A DNA stretch of 64,000 bases from Corynebacterium sp. (GCA_030531005.1 JAUMTW010000004.1:170917-234916); one strand, 5' to 3'. Shown: positions 45,196-55,340, numbered from the stretch's first letter. Notes: generated by a model from the sequence alone, not told the origin. Numbers and translations are program-made.

Positions 45196-45300
45196 GAATG
45201 CTGGTTGTATTGCTCTCTGTTATACCCGACATAAGTGCTGCGTTTTGAATCTCGGATGCACCGGGTAAATAAAAGCCAATTGACATGCGGGTTTTTAGTG

Positions 45301-45966
45301 CTACTTAGAGCGGGTTTTTTCAGATGTAGTTGCACCCACGCCATGAACTTGGAAGTAGCGCTGGGCATACTTGCCAAGGATATCCATTTCAATATTCACA
45401 TGTTCGCCTTCCTTGACCTCATCAAGGGTAGTCTCTGCCAAGGTGGTGGGGATTAAGGACACTTCAAACCACGATTGGGTTGCACTGTTTTCCGCAACAG
45501 CGTCTGGATTGCCATCACCTAAGCCGGATACGGTAAGCGAGGTCCCATTGACCGCAATAGAGCCTTTCTCGACGATGAGCGCCGCAAGATGGGCTGGATA
45601 AGCAAAACGCAACACTTCCCAATGCGGATTGGAAGTGCGTGAGAGCAAGGTGGCGGTGGCATCCACATGGCCTTGAACAATATGCCCATCTAGGCGTGCA
45701 TCTGCGCGCATAGCGCGTTCAATATTCACCTTAGAGCCTACTGCTAATTGTCCAAGAGCCGAGCGATCTAAACTTTCTTGCATCACATCGGCGTCAAAAG
45801 CATCCTCGTACAATTGGGTTACCGTCAGACACACGCCATTAACCGCAATCGAATCCCCCAGCTTGGTACCTTCGAGCACTTTGGTGGCAATTCGCAGCTG
45901 GACTGCGTCCTCTAAATCCGTCATGGCGGTAATCTGGCCGATATCTTCAATGATGCCGCTAAACAT
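45301..45966 (-). CDS. ribE: Riboflavin synthase alpha chain
   Basis: Start at MFSGIIED (ATG 45964..45966); two lumazine-binding repeats. The ORF track has a 62-codon upstream extension that I do not believe. Confidence 0.85.
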   Translation of the reverse strand: MFSGIIEDIGQITAMTDLEDAVQLRIATKVLEGTKLGDSIAVNGVCLTVTQLYEDAFDADVMQESLDRSALGQLAVGSKVNIERAMRADARLDGHIVQGHVDATATLLSRTSNPHWEVLRFAYPAHLAALIVEKGSIAVNGTSLTVSGLGDGNPDAVAENSATQSWFEVSLIPTTLAETTLDEVKEGEHVNIEMDILGKYAQRYFQVHGVGATTSEKTRSK

Positions 45967-46151
45967 AAATTGTTTCTTTCTCGCTGTAATTTTCTTCCGG
46001 GCGCGTTCTGGTGCCAAGGCTAAACCGTTGTTTACGACCTGAGCATTAGCAGGGATAGAACTTCTCGCCCCTACCTGTTGACTGTGGACGCGGAATGCTT
46101 CTTGCTCCGCGCCTGAGTTTACGCCCATCCGACTGAAGCCGGTACGCCCCA

Positions 46152-47213
46152 CTAGCGCTGCGCTGCAGAACTGGACGCACGACTAGATGCACGACTCAGT
46201 GGGAGGGCCAAAATTCGGCAAATATCTGGGGGTAGGTCAATGGTGGCCTGTGGAATAAGCCGCCGAATCGCTGCCATCGTCGGTGCCTCAAAACCGCGGT
46301 AAGCTCCTAGTCCACTACCTAAGATGGCTGGGGCAATATAGGCATGCAACTGCTGCACCACACTTGCTTGTAATGCACTACTGAGCAAACCAGCACCACC
46401 TTCAAGCAGCACCGTGCGAGCCCCTTGATCAAAAAGGGCATCCATGGCAGCAGCCAGACTGCCGTACTGCGGTGCTCCGAACAAGTGATAGCCTGCCGGG
46501 ATGACACTGCTCCCGATAACAACTGGCTGGGGTTGGTGCTCATACTCCCTGCCCGCTGGTGTGCGGGCAGTCAACCGTGGATTATCTGCGAACACCGTGC
46601 CGGTACCCACCAGTATGGCATCTGCATGGGCGCGCACCGTATGAGCATGCTGGCGCGCCTGGGGGCCAGTAATCCACTGGGAGCTGCCATCAGCAGCTGC
46701 AATGCGTCCATCTAAGGTGTGTGCCGTCTTCGCAATGACAAAAGGACGCTGGTGATCGAAGGCAAATAGCCAGGGCTCCAGTGCCGCAACCGGCAGGTTG
46801 ATACAGGTGGCCTGAATGCCGCGCTGGGCCAACCAGACTGCGCCCCCACCTTCAGCTTTACCAGGATCGCGTTGGCAGTAGAACACACCTTGAATCCCCG
46901 CTGCAGCGATTGCATGACTACACGGGCCTGTACGCCCCGTGTGATTGCACGGCTCTAACGTCACCACCATGTACTGTCCGCGCGCTGCGGCTCCGGCTGC
47001 TTTGAGGGCTTGAATTTCGGCATGATCGCCACCGACAGCCTGAGTATGCCCAGTAGCGATCACCTCACCGGTGGCAGTAATAATTGCTGCGCCGACCGGT
47101 GGATTCGGGCTCGTCGTGCCCCAAGCAGCCTCGCCAGCCGCTATAGCAGCATGCAGCCCAGCGCGGATGAATGCTGGTACATCTACTGGCAGTGATGCAG
47201 GATCGAGCTGCAT
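46152..47213 (-). CDS. ribD: Bifunctional riboflavin deaminase/reductase RibD. Start uncertain: M66 of the track ORF is chosen.
   Basis: HAEIQAL..LEPCNHTGRTGPC zinc-deaminase motif plus a C-terminal reductase domain. Alternative upstream starts would overlap rpe. Confidence 0.8.
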   Translation of the reverse strand: MQLDPASLPVDVPAFIRAGLHAAIAAGEAAWGTTSPNPPVGAAIITATGEVIATGHTQAVGGDHAEIQALKAAGAAARGQYMVVTLEPCNHTGRTGPCSHAIAAAGIQGVFYCQRDPGKAEGGGAVWLAQRGIQATCINLPVAALEPWLFAFDHQRPFVIAKTAHTLDGRIAAADGSSQWITGPQARQHAHTVRAHADAILVGTGTVFADNPRLTARTPAGREYEHQPQPVVIGSSVIPAGYHLFGAPQYGSLAAAMDALFDQGARTVLLEGGAGLLSSALQASVVQQLHAYIAPAILGSGLGAYRGFEAPTMAAIRRLIPQATIDLPPDICRILALPLSRASSRASSSAAQR

Positions 47214-47271
47214 ATTGTCTTGGTAGTTGAGCCGCAGGGGTATTTGCGTGCTTACTGCTGGCATAACGTGG

Positions 47272-47955
47272 TTAGATTTGTGCTTGAGCTGCAAGCTCAC
47301 GGAGTTCTTGTATGCGAGCAGCGCGGTCGTCGACGCCAAAGACTGCAGAGCCTGCCACGAAAGCATCACAGCCGGCAGCGCTGGCAGCGGCGATAGTATC
47401 TGGGCCAATGCCCCCGTCGATTTCGATGGTGAAGTCTAATCCGGCTTGTGCTCGGTAGTCGACGAGTTGGCGGACCTTGTCTAATTGCTCCGGCATAAAT
47501 TTTTGGCCTCCGAAGCCTGGCTCTACGCTCATCACGAGGACTTCGTCGAAGTTGTGCAGATGTTCTAACCAGGGATCGAGGCTGGTTGCGGGTTTGAGGG
47601 AAAAGCCGGGGCGTACGCCTTCCTCGCGCAGCTTGCGGGCAAGGCGTATGGGGTTATCGGTTGCTTCGAGGTGGAAGATCACGGTGTGGGCGAAGTCGGT
47701 GTATTTTCCGACCCAGCGCTCAGGCTCTTCAATCATAAGATGGACATCCAAAGGCAGCTTGGTGTGCTTGGCGATGGCGCGGGAAATATCTGGTCCGAAG
47801 GAAAGATTCGGAACAAAGTGATTGTCCATCACATCGACGTGAACCCAATCTGCGCTGCTAATGGTATCGAGTTCACCTTTGAGGTCTGCGAAATCAGCGG
47901 CGAGCACACTTGGGGCGATAATTGGGGTTGGGCGTTGATATTTGCTCTCGGTCAT
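47272..47955 (-). CDS. rpe: Ribulose-phosphate 3-epimerase
   Basis: Start at MTESKY (ATG 47953..47955). PSVLAADF and HVDVMDNHFVPN motifs. Confidence 0.9.
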   Translation of the reverse strand: MTESKYQRPTPIIAPSVLAADFADLKGELDTISSADWVHVDVMDNHFVPNLSFGPDISRAIAKHTKLPLDVHLMIEEPERWVGKYTDFAHTVIFHLEATDNPIRLARKLREEGVRPGFSLKPATSLDPWLEHLHNFDEVLVMSVEPGFGGQKFMPEQLDKVRQLVDYRAQAGLDFTIEIDGGIGPDTIAAASAAGCDAFVAGSAVFGVDDRAARIQELRELAAQAQI

Positions 47956-48018
47956 GATCCTATCGTATCGCACATGCTTGAGCTGCTGATGGCTGTACAC
48001 GGTCGTAACAGCCGGTAT

Positions 48019-48063
48019 AGGCATAAAATACGGGGCTTCCCCGATGCTTAGGTGGGAAGCCCC
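48019..48063 (-). terminator. Rho-independent terminator downstream of rsmB/fmu (minus strand)
   Basis: GGGGCTTCCC-12 nt-GGGAAGCCCC; the minus-strand transcript continues GTATTTTATG. Confidence 0.7.
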
Positions 48064-48150
48064 CCTTGCAGGGGTCGACGTTCAAATGGTTGAAGGTGGC
48101 CTGTTGGAGCACGCGGTAATGGCCACTACTTGCTAGTACTGCAGGTGGTG

Positions 48151-49770
48151 TTAGCTCTCGAGTGGCTTTTGTAACCAGGCGAAGAACATTGCATCCGTAC
48201 CATGGCGGTGTGGCCATAATTGGATTGCGGGGCCGGTGACTTCACTTTGAGCATCAGCAGGCAGTTCGGGAGCAAGGTCGTGGGCGTTGCCTTCAACAGC
48301 ACCTAATTCTTTAATGGCGCGAGTAACAACATCACGAGTCTCGCGCAGATCTGGCGAGCAGGTGGAATACACCAGTGAACCACCAGGACGTAAGAGACCA
48401 TACGCGGCGTGCAGGAGCTCGAATTGAAGCTGTTGGAGCGCCACAATATCAGCTTCCTCCTTGCGCCACCGCGCCTCGGGCCGCCGGCGCAATGCGCCAA
48501 GACCAGAGCAGGGGGCATCAATCAGAATACGGTCATAACCAGGTTCTAACCCTGAGTTACGTCCATCAACATTATGAACGTGCACCGGTAAACCGCGGGT
48601 GGCTTGTTCGACGAGATTCGCACGGTGTGCGACGACTTCGACGGCATCCACATTGGCAACTCCTTGGGCGAGGGCACCTAACATCGTGGCCTTACCGCCA
48701 GGGCCAGCGCACAAATCCAACCAGCGCTCTGGGGTATTGCTGGTACCTGCAAGGGGAATTTTGGTGACTGCCCGGGCAATCAACTGGCTGCCTTCATCTT
48801 GCACAATGGCAAGGCCTTGGCGAATAACCTCCAGGTCTCCTGGATCACCGGCAGGCAAATACACACCATACGGAGAGTACTTAGCCTCTTCTCCCCCAGT
48901 AATCAGGCTCAACTCATCAGCACCTAACTCTTGTGGGCGGGCGGCTAAGTGCACCAGGGGGCGGGCAGAGTCTGCGGCCAGCGCATCTTCCAATTCCTCT
49001 GCCGGCAAGATGCGCGCAAAACTCTCTGCAATCCATCGCGGATGGGCGTTTTGCCACGCCAAACGCTCCAGCGGTTGACTTGGTGCTAATTTGCTCAGCC
49101 ACTGCTCCCGAGAGCTGCGTGATACTTTGCGCAAAATCGCGTTCACAAATCCACGAGCTTTAGGATCTACCATTTCCACACTGGTGTGTACTGCCGCGTG
49201 ATCCTCCACGCGGGTATACAGCAATTGATAGACACCAAGGCGCAAGGCATTACGTACTACCGGATGCAAGGTGGCTAGCAGGCGGGTGGAGCAATCATCA
49301 ATGATCGCATCCACAATGCCCTGGGTACGCAAGGTGCCATACGTGATCTCGGTGGCAAAGGCGGCATCGCGGCCCTTGACCTTGTACTGGCGCAACGCCT
49401 TTGGCAGCAAGAGGTTGGCATAGGCTTGCTCCTCATTGACCCGGAAGAGCACCTCCAAGGCAACCTTGCGCGGCAGGTCTACATCTCCACGAATATGCGA
49501 GACGATACTGTCGTGGGAGTTGTGCTTATTGCGGGCACGGTTATCGCGCTGAGGGTGTTGCGACTTGCCACGCTGTCGGGTGCGCTCGGGTTGGCCACCA
49601 CGGTGCTGGTTCTCGCGGTGGGCGGGGCCCCGGTTCGAATTCCCGTATCGTGTTTTACCTTGCTGCGAATCAGCTGAGCTGCGACCGGCGTTATTGCGGC
49701 TGCTTGTTTGCCCTGAACCTCGGGTTTGGTCCTGCGCTCCTTTTGAACGTGACCGGAATCCACCACTCAT
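48151..49770 (-). CDS. rsmB: 16S rRNA m5C967 methyltransferase RsmB (Fmu/Sun), with an N-terminal basic Arg/Ser/Gly/Gln-rich extension of about 85 aa
   Basis: NusB-like domain plus SAM-MTase motifs (DLCAGPGGKAT, DAPCSGLG). The start ATG 49768..49770 overlaps the fmt stop as ATGA (translational coupling). Confidence 0.85.
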   Translation of the reverse strand: MSGGFRSRSKGAQDQTRGSGQTSSRNNAGRSSADSQQGKTRYGNSNRGPAHRENQHRGGQPERTRQRGKSQHPQRDNRARNKHNSHDSIVSHIRGDVDLPRKVALEVLFRVNEEQAYANLLLPKALRQYKVKGRDAAFATEITYGTLRTQGIVDAIIDDCSTRLLATLHPVVRNALRLGVYQLLYTRVEDHAAVHTSVEMVDPKARGFVNAILRKVSRSSREQWLSKLAPSQPLERLAWQNAHPRWIAESFARILPAEELEDALAADSARPLVHLAARPQELGADELSLITGGEEAKYSPYGVYLPAGDPGDLEVIRQGLAIVQDEGSQLIARAVTKIPLAGTSNTPERWLDLCAGPGGKATMLGALAQGVANVDAVEVVAHRANLVEQATRGLPVHVHNVDGRNSGLEPGYDRILIDAPCSGLGALRRRPEARWRKEEADIVALQQLQFELLHAAYGLLRPGGSLVYSTCSPDLRETRDVVTRAIKELGAVEGNAHDLAPELPADAQSEVTGPAIQLWPHRHGTDAMFFAWLQKPLES

Positions 49771-50714
49771 TGCCACTGCATCCCTTCTTTGTCTGCTGGC
49801 TGGAGACCGCGTGCCCAATCAGCAGCATTCATGCGCTTTTTACCTGGCAATTGCAAATGGGTTAACGCCACTGCACTACTCGCGGTACCAACGAGTACTT
49901 CTTGCTTGCTGATGTGTACCTCACCTGGTGCTAGTTGTGCGCCTTGTTCAGTTGGTACTGCTGGCCCTGTAATCTTCACTCTGCGCTCGCCCCACATAGT
50001 CCAGGCGCCTGGCCCCGGAGTCATGGCACGAATGTGTTGATCTACGTTTGCCGCAGGTTGCTCCCAGTCAATGCGTGCATCGGCTGTGGTGATCTTTGAA
50101 GCATAACTTGGGTCACCAGCCTGTGGCCTTGCCACAGCAGTACCCGCAGCGATTGCATCCAGGACTTCGACTAAAAGGTCTGCGCCTTGATATGACAAGC
50201 GGGTCAGCAGTTCATCAGCGGTATCGGTTGGCCGGATTTCTGCAGTTGCTTGGCCTAAAATATCACCGGTATCTAAGCCGGAATCAATGCGGAAAACACT
50301 AACACCAGTTTCTTTTTGCCCTGCTTGAATAGCAGCCTGTACCGGTGCTGCCCCGCGCCATTGCGGCAACAGAGAATAATGCAGGTTTAACCACCCATAC
50401 TCGATGGCATCAATGACCTCTTGGCGCAGTAATTGCCCGTAGGCGACCACCGGAATGCACTGGACATCCAGCGCTTTGAGCTCAGCGAGCAATTCCTGGG
50501 TAGCGGCTTGCTTAGGATCAAGATTTTCAGGGCGCCAGACTTGCAAGCCATGCTCAGCGGCAAAGGCCGCAACAGGACTAGGATGCAAGGTGCGCCCGCG
50601 GCCGCGTGGGGCGTCTGGACGAGTGATGACACCGACCACATTGTGCTCAGAATCTAGCAGGCGCGCTAATGCAACAACTGCTGGTTCTGGAGTACCTGCA
50701 AAAACAATATTCAT
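49767..50714 (-). CDS. fmt: Methionyl-tRNA formyltransferase
   Basis: Start at MNIVFAGTPE (ATG 50712..50714). The conserved formyltransferase active-site motif is present. Confidence 0.9.
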   Translation of the reverse strand: MNIVFAGTPEPAVVALARLLDSEHNVVGVITRPDAPRGRGRTLHPSPVAAFAAEHGLQVWRPENLDPKQAATQELLAELKALDVQCIPVVAYGQLLRQEVIDAIEYGWLNLHYSLLPQWRGAAPVQAAIQAGQKETGVSVFRIDSGLDTGDILGQATAEIRPTDTADELLTRLSYQGADLLVEVLDAIAAGTAVARPQAGDPSYASKITTADARIDWEQPAANVDQHIRAMTPGPGAWTMWGERRVKITGPAVPTEQGAQLAPGEVHISKQEVLVGTASSAVALTHLQLPGKKRMNAADWARGLQPADKEGMQWQ

Positions 50715-50915
50715 ACCGAAGTGCTTAGGTGCTTTCTGGTTGTTGGTGAGTTTTACATGCAAGGAACAGTGGCGATGAGTTCTACGCCTGTGTTGGCTCA
50801 AGTACTGCGATGACGCCAATGCTGCTACTCTCGCTTTCGGCATCATCGAAAATGATACCGCCTGGTTTGTTCGAGACTGGTGCTTCTTCAAACCGTACCG
50901 TTTTCGAGCTCTGCT

Positions 50916-51422
50916 TTATTCGAACCAAGGCGCTTGGCGAATCTCGCGCATAGCTTCCTTGCGCAGTTCTGGTGTCAGCCGCTGTAAGAACAACACACCA
51001 TCTAAGTGATCGGTTTCATGCTGAATACAGCGCGCCATCAAACCGCTAGCAACCAAGGAAATGGGGTTGCCGTGCATATCCTGGCCCTTAACGCGTACGT
51101 TTTCGTAACGAGTCGTGTCCTTTTGAATATCTGGAATCGACAAGCAACCCTCTGGACCGGTTTGGGTTTCTTCGTCCAATGCTTCCCAAACAGGATTAAT
51201 GATGTGGCCGCGCAGCCCGGATTCTGTACCACTGCAGTCGAAGACGAACACGCGCTTAGTTACCCCAATTTGATTTGCAGCCAAGCCCACACCACCGGTG
51301 GCATCCATGGTCTCTAGCATGTCGTTGACCAAAGTCTCCAAAGAATCATCAAATTCGGCAACCTCGCTCGCGCGAGTCTTTAACACTGGGTCTCCAAAGA
51401 TTCGTACGGTGCGTACGCTCAA
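50916..51422 (-). CDS. def: Peptide deformylase
   Basis: GVGLAANQIG, EGCLS and HETDHLDG metal-binding motifs. Confidence 0.9.
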   Translation of the reverse strand: MSVRTVRIFGDPVLKTRASEVAEFDDSLETLVNDMLETMDATGGVGLAANQIGVTKRVFVFDCSGTESGLRGHIINPVWEALDEETQTGPEGCLSIPDIQKDTTRYENVRVKGQDMHGNPISLVASGLMARCIQHETDHLDGVLFLQRLTPELRKEAMREIRQAPWFE

Positions 51423-51526
51423 GGCTTATCCTTTCATTCTCTTCCCCCATCAGCTATAGCTTCCCGCACAAATGCGTTTATCACCTATGCTGCTAGCGGG
51501 CGAAGCGTCCTTGCTGTTCCTACAAG

Positions 51527-51550
51527 GTCTTCTATGGCGTCTTCTATGGT
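51527..51550. repeat. Tandem direct repeat GTCTTCTATGG(C/T) x2 in the def/priA intergenic region
   Basis: Read directly: gtcttctatggcgtcttctatggt. It lies upstream of def, in the def promoter region. Confidence 0.6.
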
Positions 51551-51631
51551 TGTTCTTCGATGAGCTTACTAGGCTCGCGGCAGTTTGAATACTTGAAGGC
51601 TTCGCAAACAGCAGCACTGCCCCACCCATTG

Positions 51632-53638
51632 CTAGCCCACGTGGATGGGATCCAGCTGTACTCGCAGGGGTATCTCGTCCTTGCGTACTGCTTTCGCTGC
51701 GCGCAACTTGCGCAGGCTGGCGGCTAATTCTTTACGCATCGCCAATGGCGCGCGCAGTAACAAGCGCTGAGCAGGACCATAACGGTTCGGGTCATAGCCA
51801 CCGGGCACTGGGGCGCCAGCGGGGAGTTCGACCGGGCCTAAAACTTCGACTTCGGCAGGCCAGTCGGCAGCCTCTACAAGGGTTTGTAGACTCTCGCTTG
51901 CACCATCAACTGCAGCAACATACGTTGCAGGAGGAAAGCCGGCCTCCGCGCGCTGCTCTAATTCATACTGCGCGATACCTACCGGATCCCACCGAATTAG
52001 TGCCTGCACCGGCCCTAGCGATGCATCAGCGACCACCACTACCTTGCCACGGCGTGCAGCAAGAGCAGCGGTATACATCCAATTGCGCAGCGTGTCTTCT
52101 TCAGCACGTAAATCTGGCCACTGCAACTGCGCCCAGGTATCTAAGAAAACCACTGCCCCATAACCACCAACAACCCGCGGAGCTGCGCCAGGAGTAGCCA
52201 CCACAATGGCAGGGATTGGCTCAAATTCTGCGATGATATTGTCCGCACTGGAATTAATGATGCGCGTGGAGTGGAACGCGCGGCCAATTTCCTCCGCAGT
52301 ACGCTGCGCACCAAGTACTACGCCACGTAACTGGGTACTACCACATTCTGGGCAGCGAAAATTGGTTTCGATTTTCCCGCACCAATGGCAATAGGCTTGG
52401 TTCTTTTGGTTCAAACCAACTGGACCATTGCAGTGGCGACAGCGCGCGGGGGTACGACACTGTGCGCATTGCACAGTTGGTACATACCCTTTGCGGGGTA
52501 CTTGGAACAATGCCGGCTTCCCTGTTGCTAAGGCCTCTCGCACTGCAGCAAACACGATTGCCGGCATACGAGATTGGCGAGCAAGCGGGTCACGTTCTAA
52601 GGCGAAATCAGAATCTGCAACGGCTTGGATATATGGCATATGCGCCCGCAAGGTATCTCGACTTGGAACTAAATCATGGGCCCAGCCAGAGTTCACCAGC
52701 AGTTGTGCTTCTGTTGAGCGAGCATAGCCACCGATCAGTAGGGCACAATCTTCTTGCGCCGCCCTGGTACTTACTACTTCACGGGCATGATAATACGGGG
52801 CGCGGCGATCCACGAGATTGTCATCGCCATCATGCATAATCACGGCCAGTTGTAGGTTTTCTACTGGTAAGAAGCAAGCATTGCGGGTACCGATTACTAA
52901 GCGTGCTTGGCCGTGAATGACCTGCAGATAACGGCGATAGCGCGTTTGCGGCCCAAGTTTCGCGGTGTAGGTAGTAATCCACTTATTTGGCAAGTATTTT
53001 TCGAAACAAGCGGCAAGATAATCAATATCGGCTTGTTCCGGCACGATAATCAGTACCCCGCCATCAGCAGCAAGCACATGGATAGCCAGACGTGCGAGAC
53101 TATCGCCCCAGGGTTCATCTGGCAGGCATTGCCACACCGCACGGGGTCCTTGACCACTGATAACCGCTTGCGCGAAAGACTCGCCGAATTGGTAGTGACC
53201 AAAGCGCCCCAGGCTAGGCAGCTTGCCACGAGCATCGGTCAACTCATCTATGGGGAATGGGCTATATTGCTGCGCTTCTGCTTTCGCATGGCGCGGGGGG
53301 ATGGCATTACGAATGACTTCGCTACGCGTACCCGCATAGCGGGTAGCGATAGCTGAAATCAACTCATAGGTGTGCGGTGGGACTACGATCTCTGGCGAGA
53401 TCACAGATTTAAAAAATGCGAGTTCGCCTTCATGGCTGGCTGTCTCACACCGCTCGAGTAGTAGTGCATCGCACAATCGACCAGCAAAGCGAATTCGTAC
53501 CCGCACACCAGGCTGAGCTGCCTCATCTTGGTCTGCAGGCACCAAATATTCAAACTCACGGTCCAAGTGAGCGAGCTTGAGCAAAGGCAGCACTTTGGCT
53601 ACCGGCACGTTGCTGGCGGCTTTCATAGCCTCCAGCAT
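51632..53638 (-). CDS. priA: Primosomal protein N' (PriA), actinobacterial type
   Basis: 668 aa; Cys4 zinc-binding insertion (CAQCRTPARCRHCNG...CHWCG..CPECG). Confidence 0.9.
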   Translation of the reverse strand: MLEAMKAASNVPVAKVLPLLKLAHLDREFEYLVPADQDEAAQPGVRVRIRFAGRLCDALLLERCETASHEGELAFFKSVISPEIVVPPHTYELISAIATRYAGTRSEVIRNAIPPRHAKAEAQQYSPFPIDELTDARGKLPSLGRFGHYQFGESFAQAVISGQGPRAVWQCLPDEPWGDSLARLAIHVLAADGGVLIIVPEQADIDYLAACFEKYLPNKWITTYTAKLGPQTRYRRYLQVIHGQARLVIGTRNACFLPVENLQLAVIMHDGDDNLVDRRAPYYHAREVVSTRAAQEDCALLIGGYARSTEAQLLVNSGWAHDLVPSRDTLRAHMPYIQAVADSDFALERDPLARQSRMPAIVFAAVREALATGKPALFQVPRKGYVPTVQCAQCRTPARCRHCNGPVGLNQKNQAYCHWCGKIETNFRCPECGSTQLRGVVLGAQRTAEEIGRAFHSTRIINSSADNIIAEFEPIPAIVVATPGAAPRVVGGYGAVVFLDTWAQLQWPDLRAEEDTLRNWMYTAALAARRGKVVVVADASLGPVQALIRWDPVGIAQYELEQRAEAGFPPATYVAAVDGASESLQTLVEAADWPAEVEVLGPVELPAGAPVPGGYDPNRYGPAQRLLLRAPLAMRKELAASLRKLRAAKAVRKDEIPLRVQLDPIHVG

Positions 53639-53680
53639 ACCTACATTCGGACTGCTACTCGATGAGTAGTACCTAGTCGG

Positions 53681-54919
53681 CTACTCGTTGCCGGCAACCT
53701 TTTCGATAGCAGCCTGCAGATCCTGCACCTTATTAGTCTGCTCCCAAGGCACGTTGAGGTCTTCGCGACCGAAATGGCCATAAGCTGCCGTTGCAGCATA
53801 GATGGGGCGTAATAGGTCGAGCTCGCGGATGATCGCAGCTGGACGCAAATCAAAGACCCTAAGGCAGGCTTCTTGGATTTGCTCATTGGTATAGCCCTGG
53901 GCGGTACCGAAAGTTTCTACGTAGAAGCCCACTGGTTTCGCACGACCAATGGCATACGCCACTTGAACCTCCGCCCGTTCTGCCAGGCCTGCAGCCACAA
54001 TGTTCTTGGCTACCCAGCGCATTGCATAAGCCCCAGAGCGGTCGACCTTGCTGGGGTCCTTACCGGAGAATGCTCCACCACCATGGCGGGCCATGCCCCC
54101 ATAGGTGTCGACAATGATCTTGCGGCCGGTTAAGCCGGCATCACCCATGGGCCCCCCAACGACGAAGGATCCAGAGGGATTGACCAATAAGGTGTACTCA
54201 TCATCGGCTAAGGTGCCCTGCAAACCGACGTCTTCTAATACCCACTGCACCACGTGTTCGCGAATCTGGGCGTGCAGCCAGTCCTGGGTCACATTGGGAT
54301 CATGCTGCGTGGAAACCACAACGGTATCCAGATGAACTGGCTTGCCATCGGCATCATAGGCGAAGGTCACCTGAGTCTTTCCGTCTGGACGCAAACAAGG
54401 CACGATACCCTCTTTGCGAACTTGGGTGAGCCGGCGGGAAAGGCGGTGTGCCAAATCAATGGGGAGCGGCATCAAGGTTGCGGTCTCATTGGTGGCATAA
54501 CCGAACATGAGGCCTTGATCACCTGCTCCTGCTTGGTCATCCGCATCGGTTTGCTCACCTGAGCGCACCTCGTGGGAAGTATCCACCCCATCACCGATTT
54601 CCTGCGATTGCTCGCCGATGGAAACACTCACACCGCAAGTAGTGCCATCAAAGCCAACCTCAGAGGAGGTGAAACCTATATCGCGCAGCTTATTGCGCAC
54701 CAGGGAAGGAATATCAACATAGCCGGAGGTACGGACTTCGCCGACGACGTGAACTAAGCCGGTGGTTGTTACCGTTTCCACGGCCACACGGGCATTGGGA
54801 TCTACGGCGAGCATGGCATCTAGAATGCTGTCCGAGATAGCATCGCAGATCTTATCCGGATGACCTTCGGTTACCGACTCACTTGTAAATAAGCGCAAAC
54901 CTTGTTGTGCGTGGGTCAC
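53681..54919 (-). CDS. metK: S-adenosylmethionine synthetase
   Basis: [16 protein letters not shown] and [16 protein letters not shown] motifs. SD sequence GAAAGAAGGGG upstream. Confidence 0.95.
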   Translation of the reverse strand: MTHAQQGLRLFTSESVTEGHPDKICDAISDSILDAMLAVDPNARVAVETVTTTGLVHVVGEVRTSGYVDIPSLVRNKLRDIGFTSSEVGFDGTTCGVSVSIGEQSQEIGDGVDTSHEVRSGEQTDADDQAGAGDQGLMFGYATNETATLMPLPIDLAHRLSRRLTQVRKEGIVPCLRPDGKTQVTFAYDADGKPVHLDTVVVSTQHDPNVTQDWLHAQIREHVVQWVLEDVGLQGTLADDEYTLLVNPSGSFVVGGPMGDAGLTGRKIIVDTYGGMARHGGGAFSGKDPSKVDRSGAYAMRWVAKNIVAAGLAERAEVQVAYAIGRAKPVGFYVETFGTAQGYTNEQIQEACLRVFDLRPAAIIRELDLLRPIYAATAAYGHFGREDLNVPWEQTNKVQDLQAAIEKVAGNE

Positions 54920-55149
54920 TGCCCCTTCTTTCTCATTGTGCGATTCTCATACAGATTGCTGCAATGTTCTTCGTTCGTACTCTAGGCGGTAGTGCTTGGC
55001 CACAACTACCTACGGGCACTTAGGTTAACTTCGGCAACAAGAACGCCATCGTGCTGCTTACTCCTACCCGTTTCGCTCAAGAGTATCAAGTGGCTATGGG
55101 GCAGATCGGCGGCAGTGATGGCTAGAACGTTGCTTGCTTGCCTTAAAAT

Positions 55150-55165
55150 TAGACCAAGCTGTCTA
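55150..55165. promoter_or_regulatory. McbR-type operator (TAGAC-N6-GTCTA) in the metK 5' region
   Basis: Perfect palindrome TAGACcaagctGTCTA, about 230 nt upstream of the metK start. McbR (a TetR-family regulator) controls metK in C. glutamicum through this motif. Confidence 0.6.
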
Positions 55166-55340
55166 ATTCTGCAAGCCCTTCGCGGCGTGGCCCACACAAT
55201 CACCACCACACAAGCCTGTGAACTTGCCTTTTGCGAGTACCGCCGACACGCCCATGATGCCACCGGCTAGTTACTTGTTAGCAGTGTACCTACTGCAACA
55301 AACATCTACGAGCCTTGGCGCCATACCCGAGCGCTGCTCT

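Noticed and set aside
45967-46151. FMN riboswitch between ribD and ribE
   Set aside because: Only a partial UUCAGUCGGAUGGG resemblance. The conserved AGGGUGAAAUUCCC and GACAGU..AGUCUGGAUG elements are absent, and the location is atypical for a riboswitch.
49632-49643. tRNA T-loop-like GGTTCGAATTCC
   Set aside because: It lies inside the rsmB coding sequence and has no surrounding cloverleaf. No tRNA genes are evident in the window.
54920-55340. SAM riboswitch (SAM-I or SAM-IV) in the metK leader
   Set aside because: I could not recognise the conserved cores by eye. The region instead carries a perfect McbR operator, which adequately explains the regulation. An Rfam scan would settle it.
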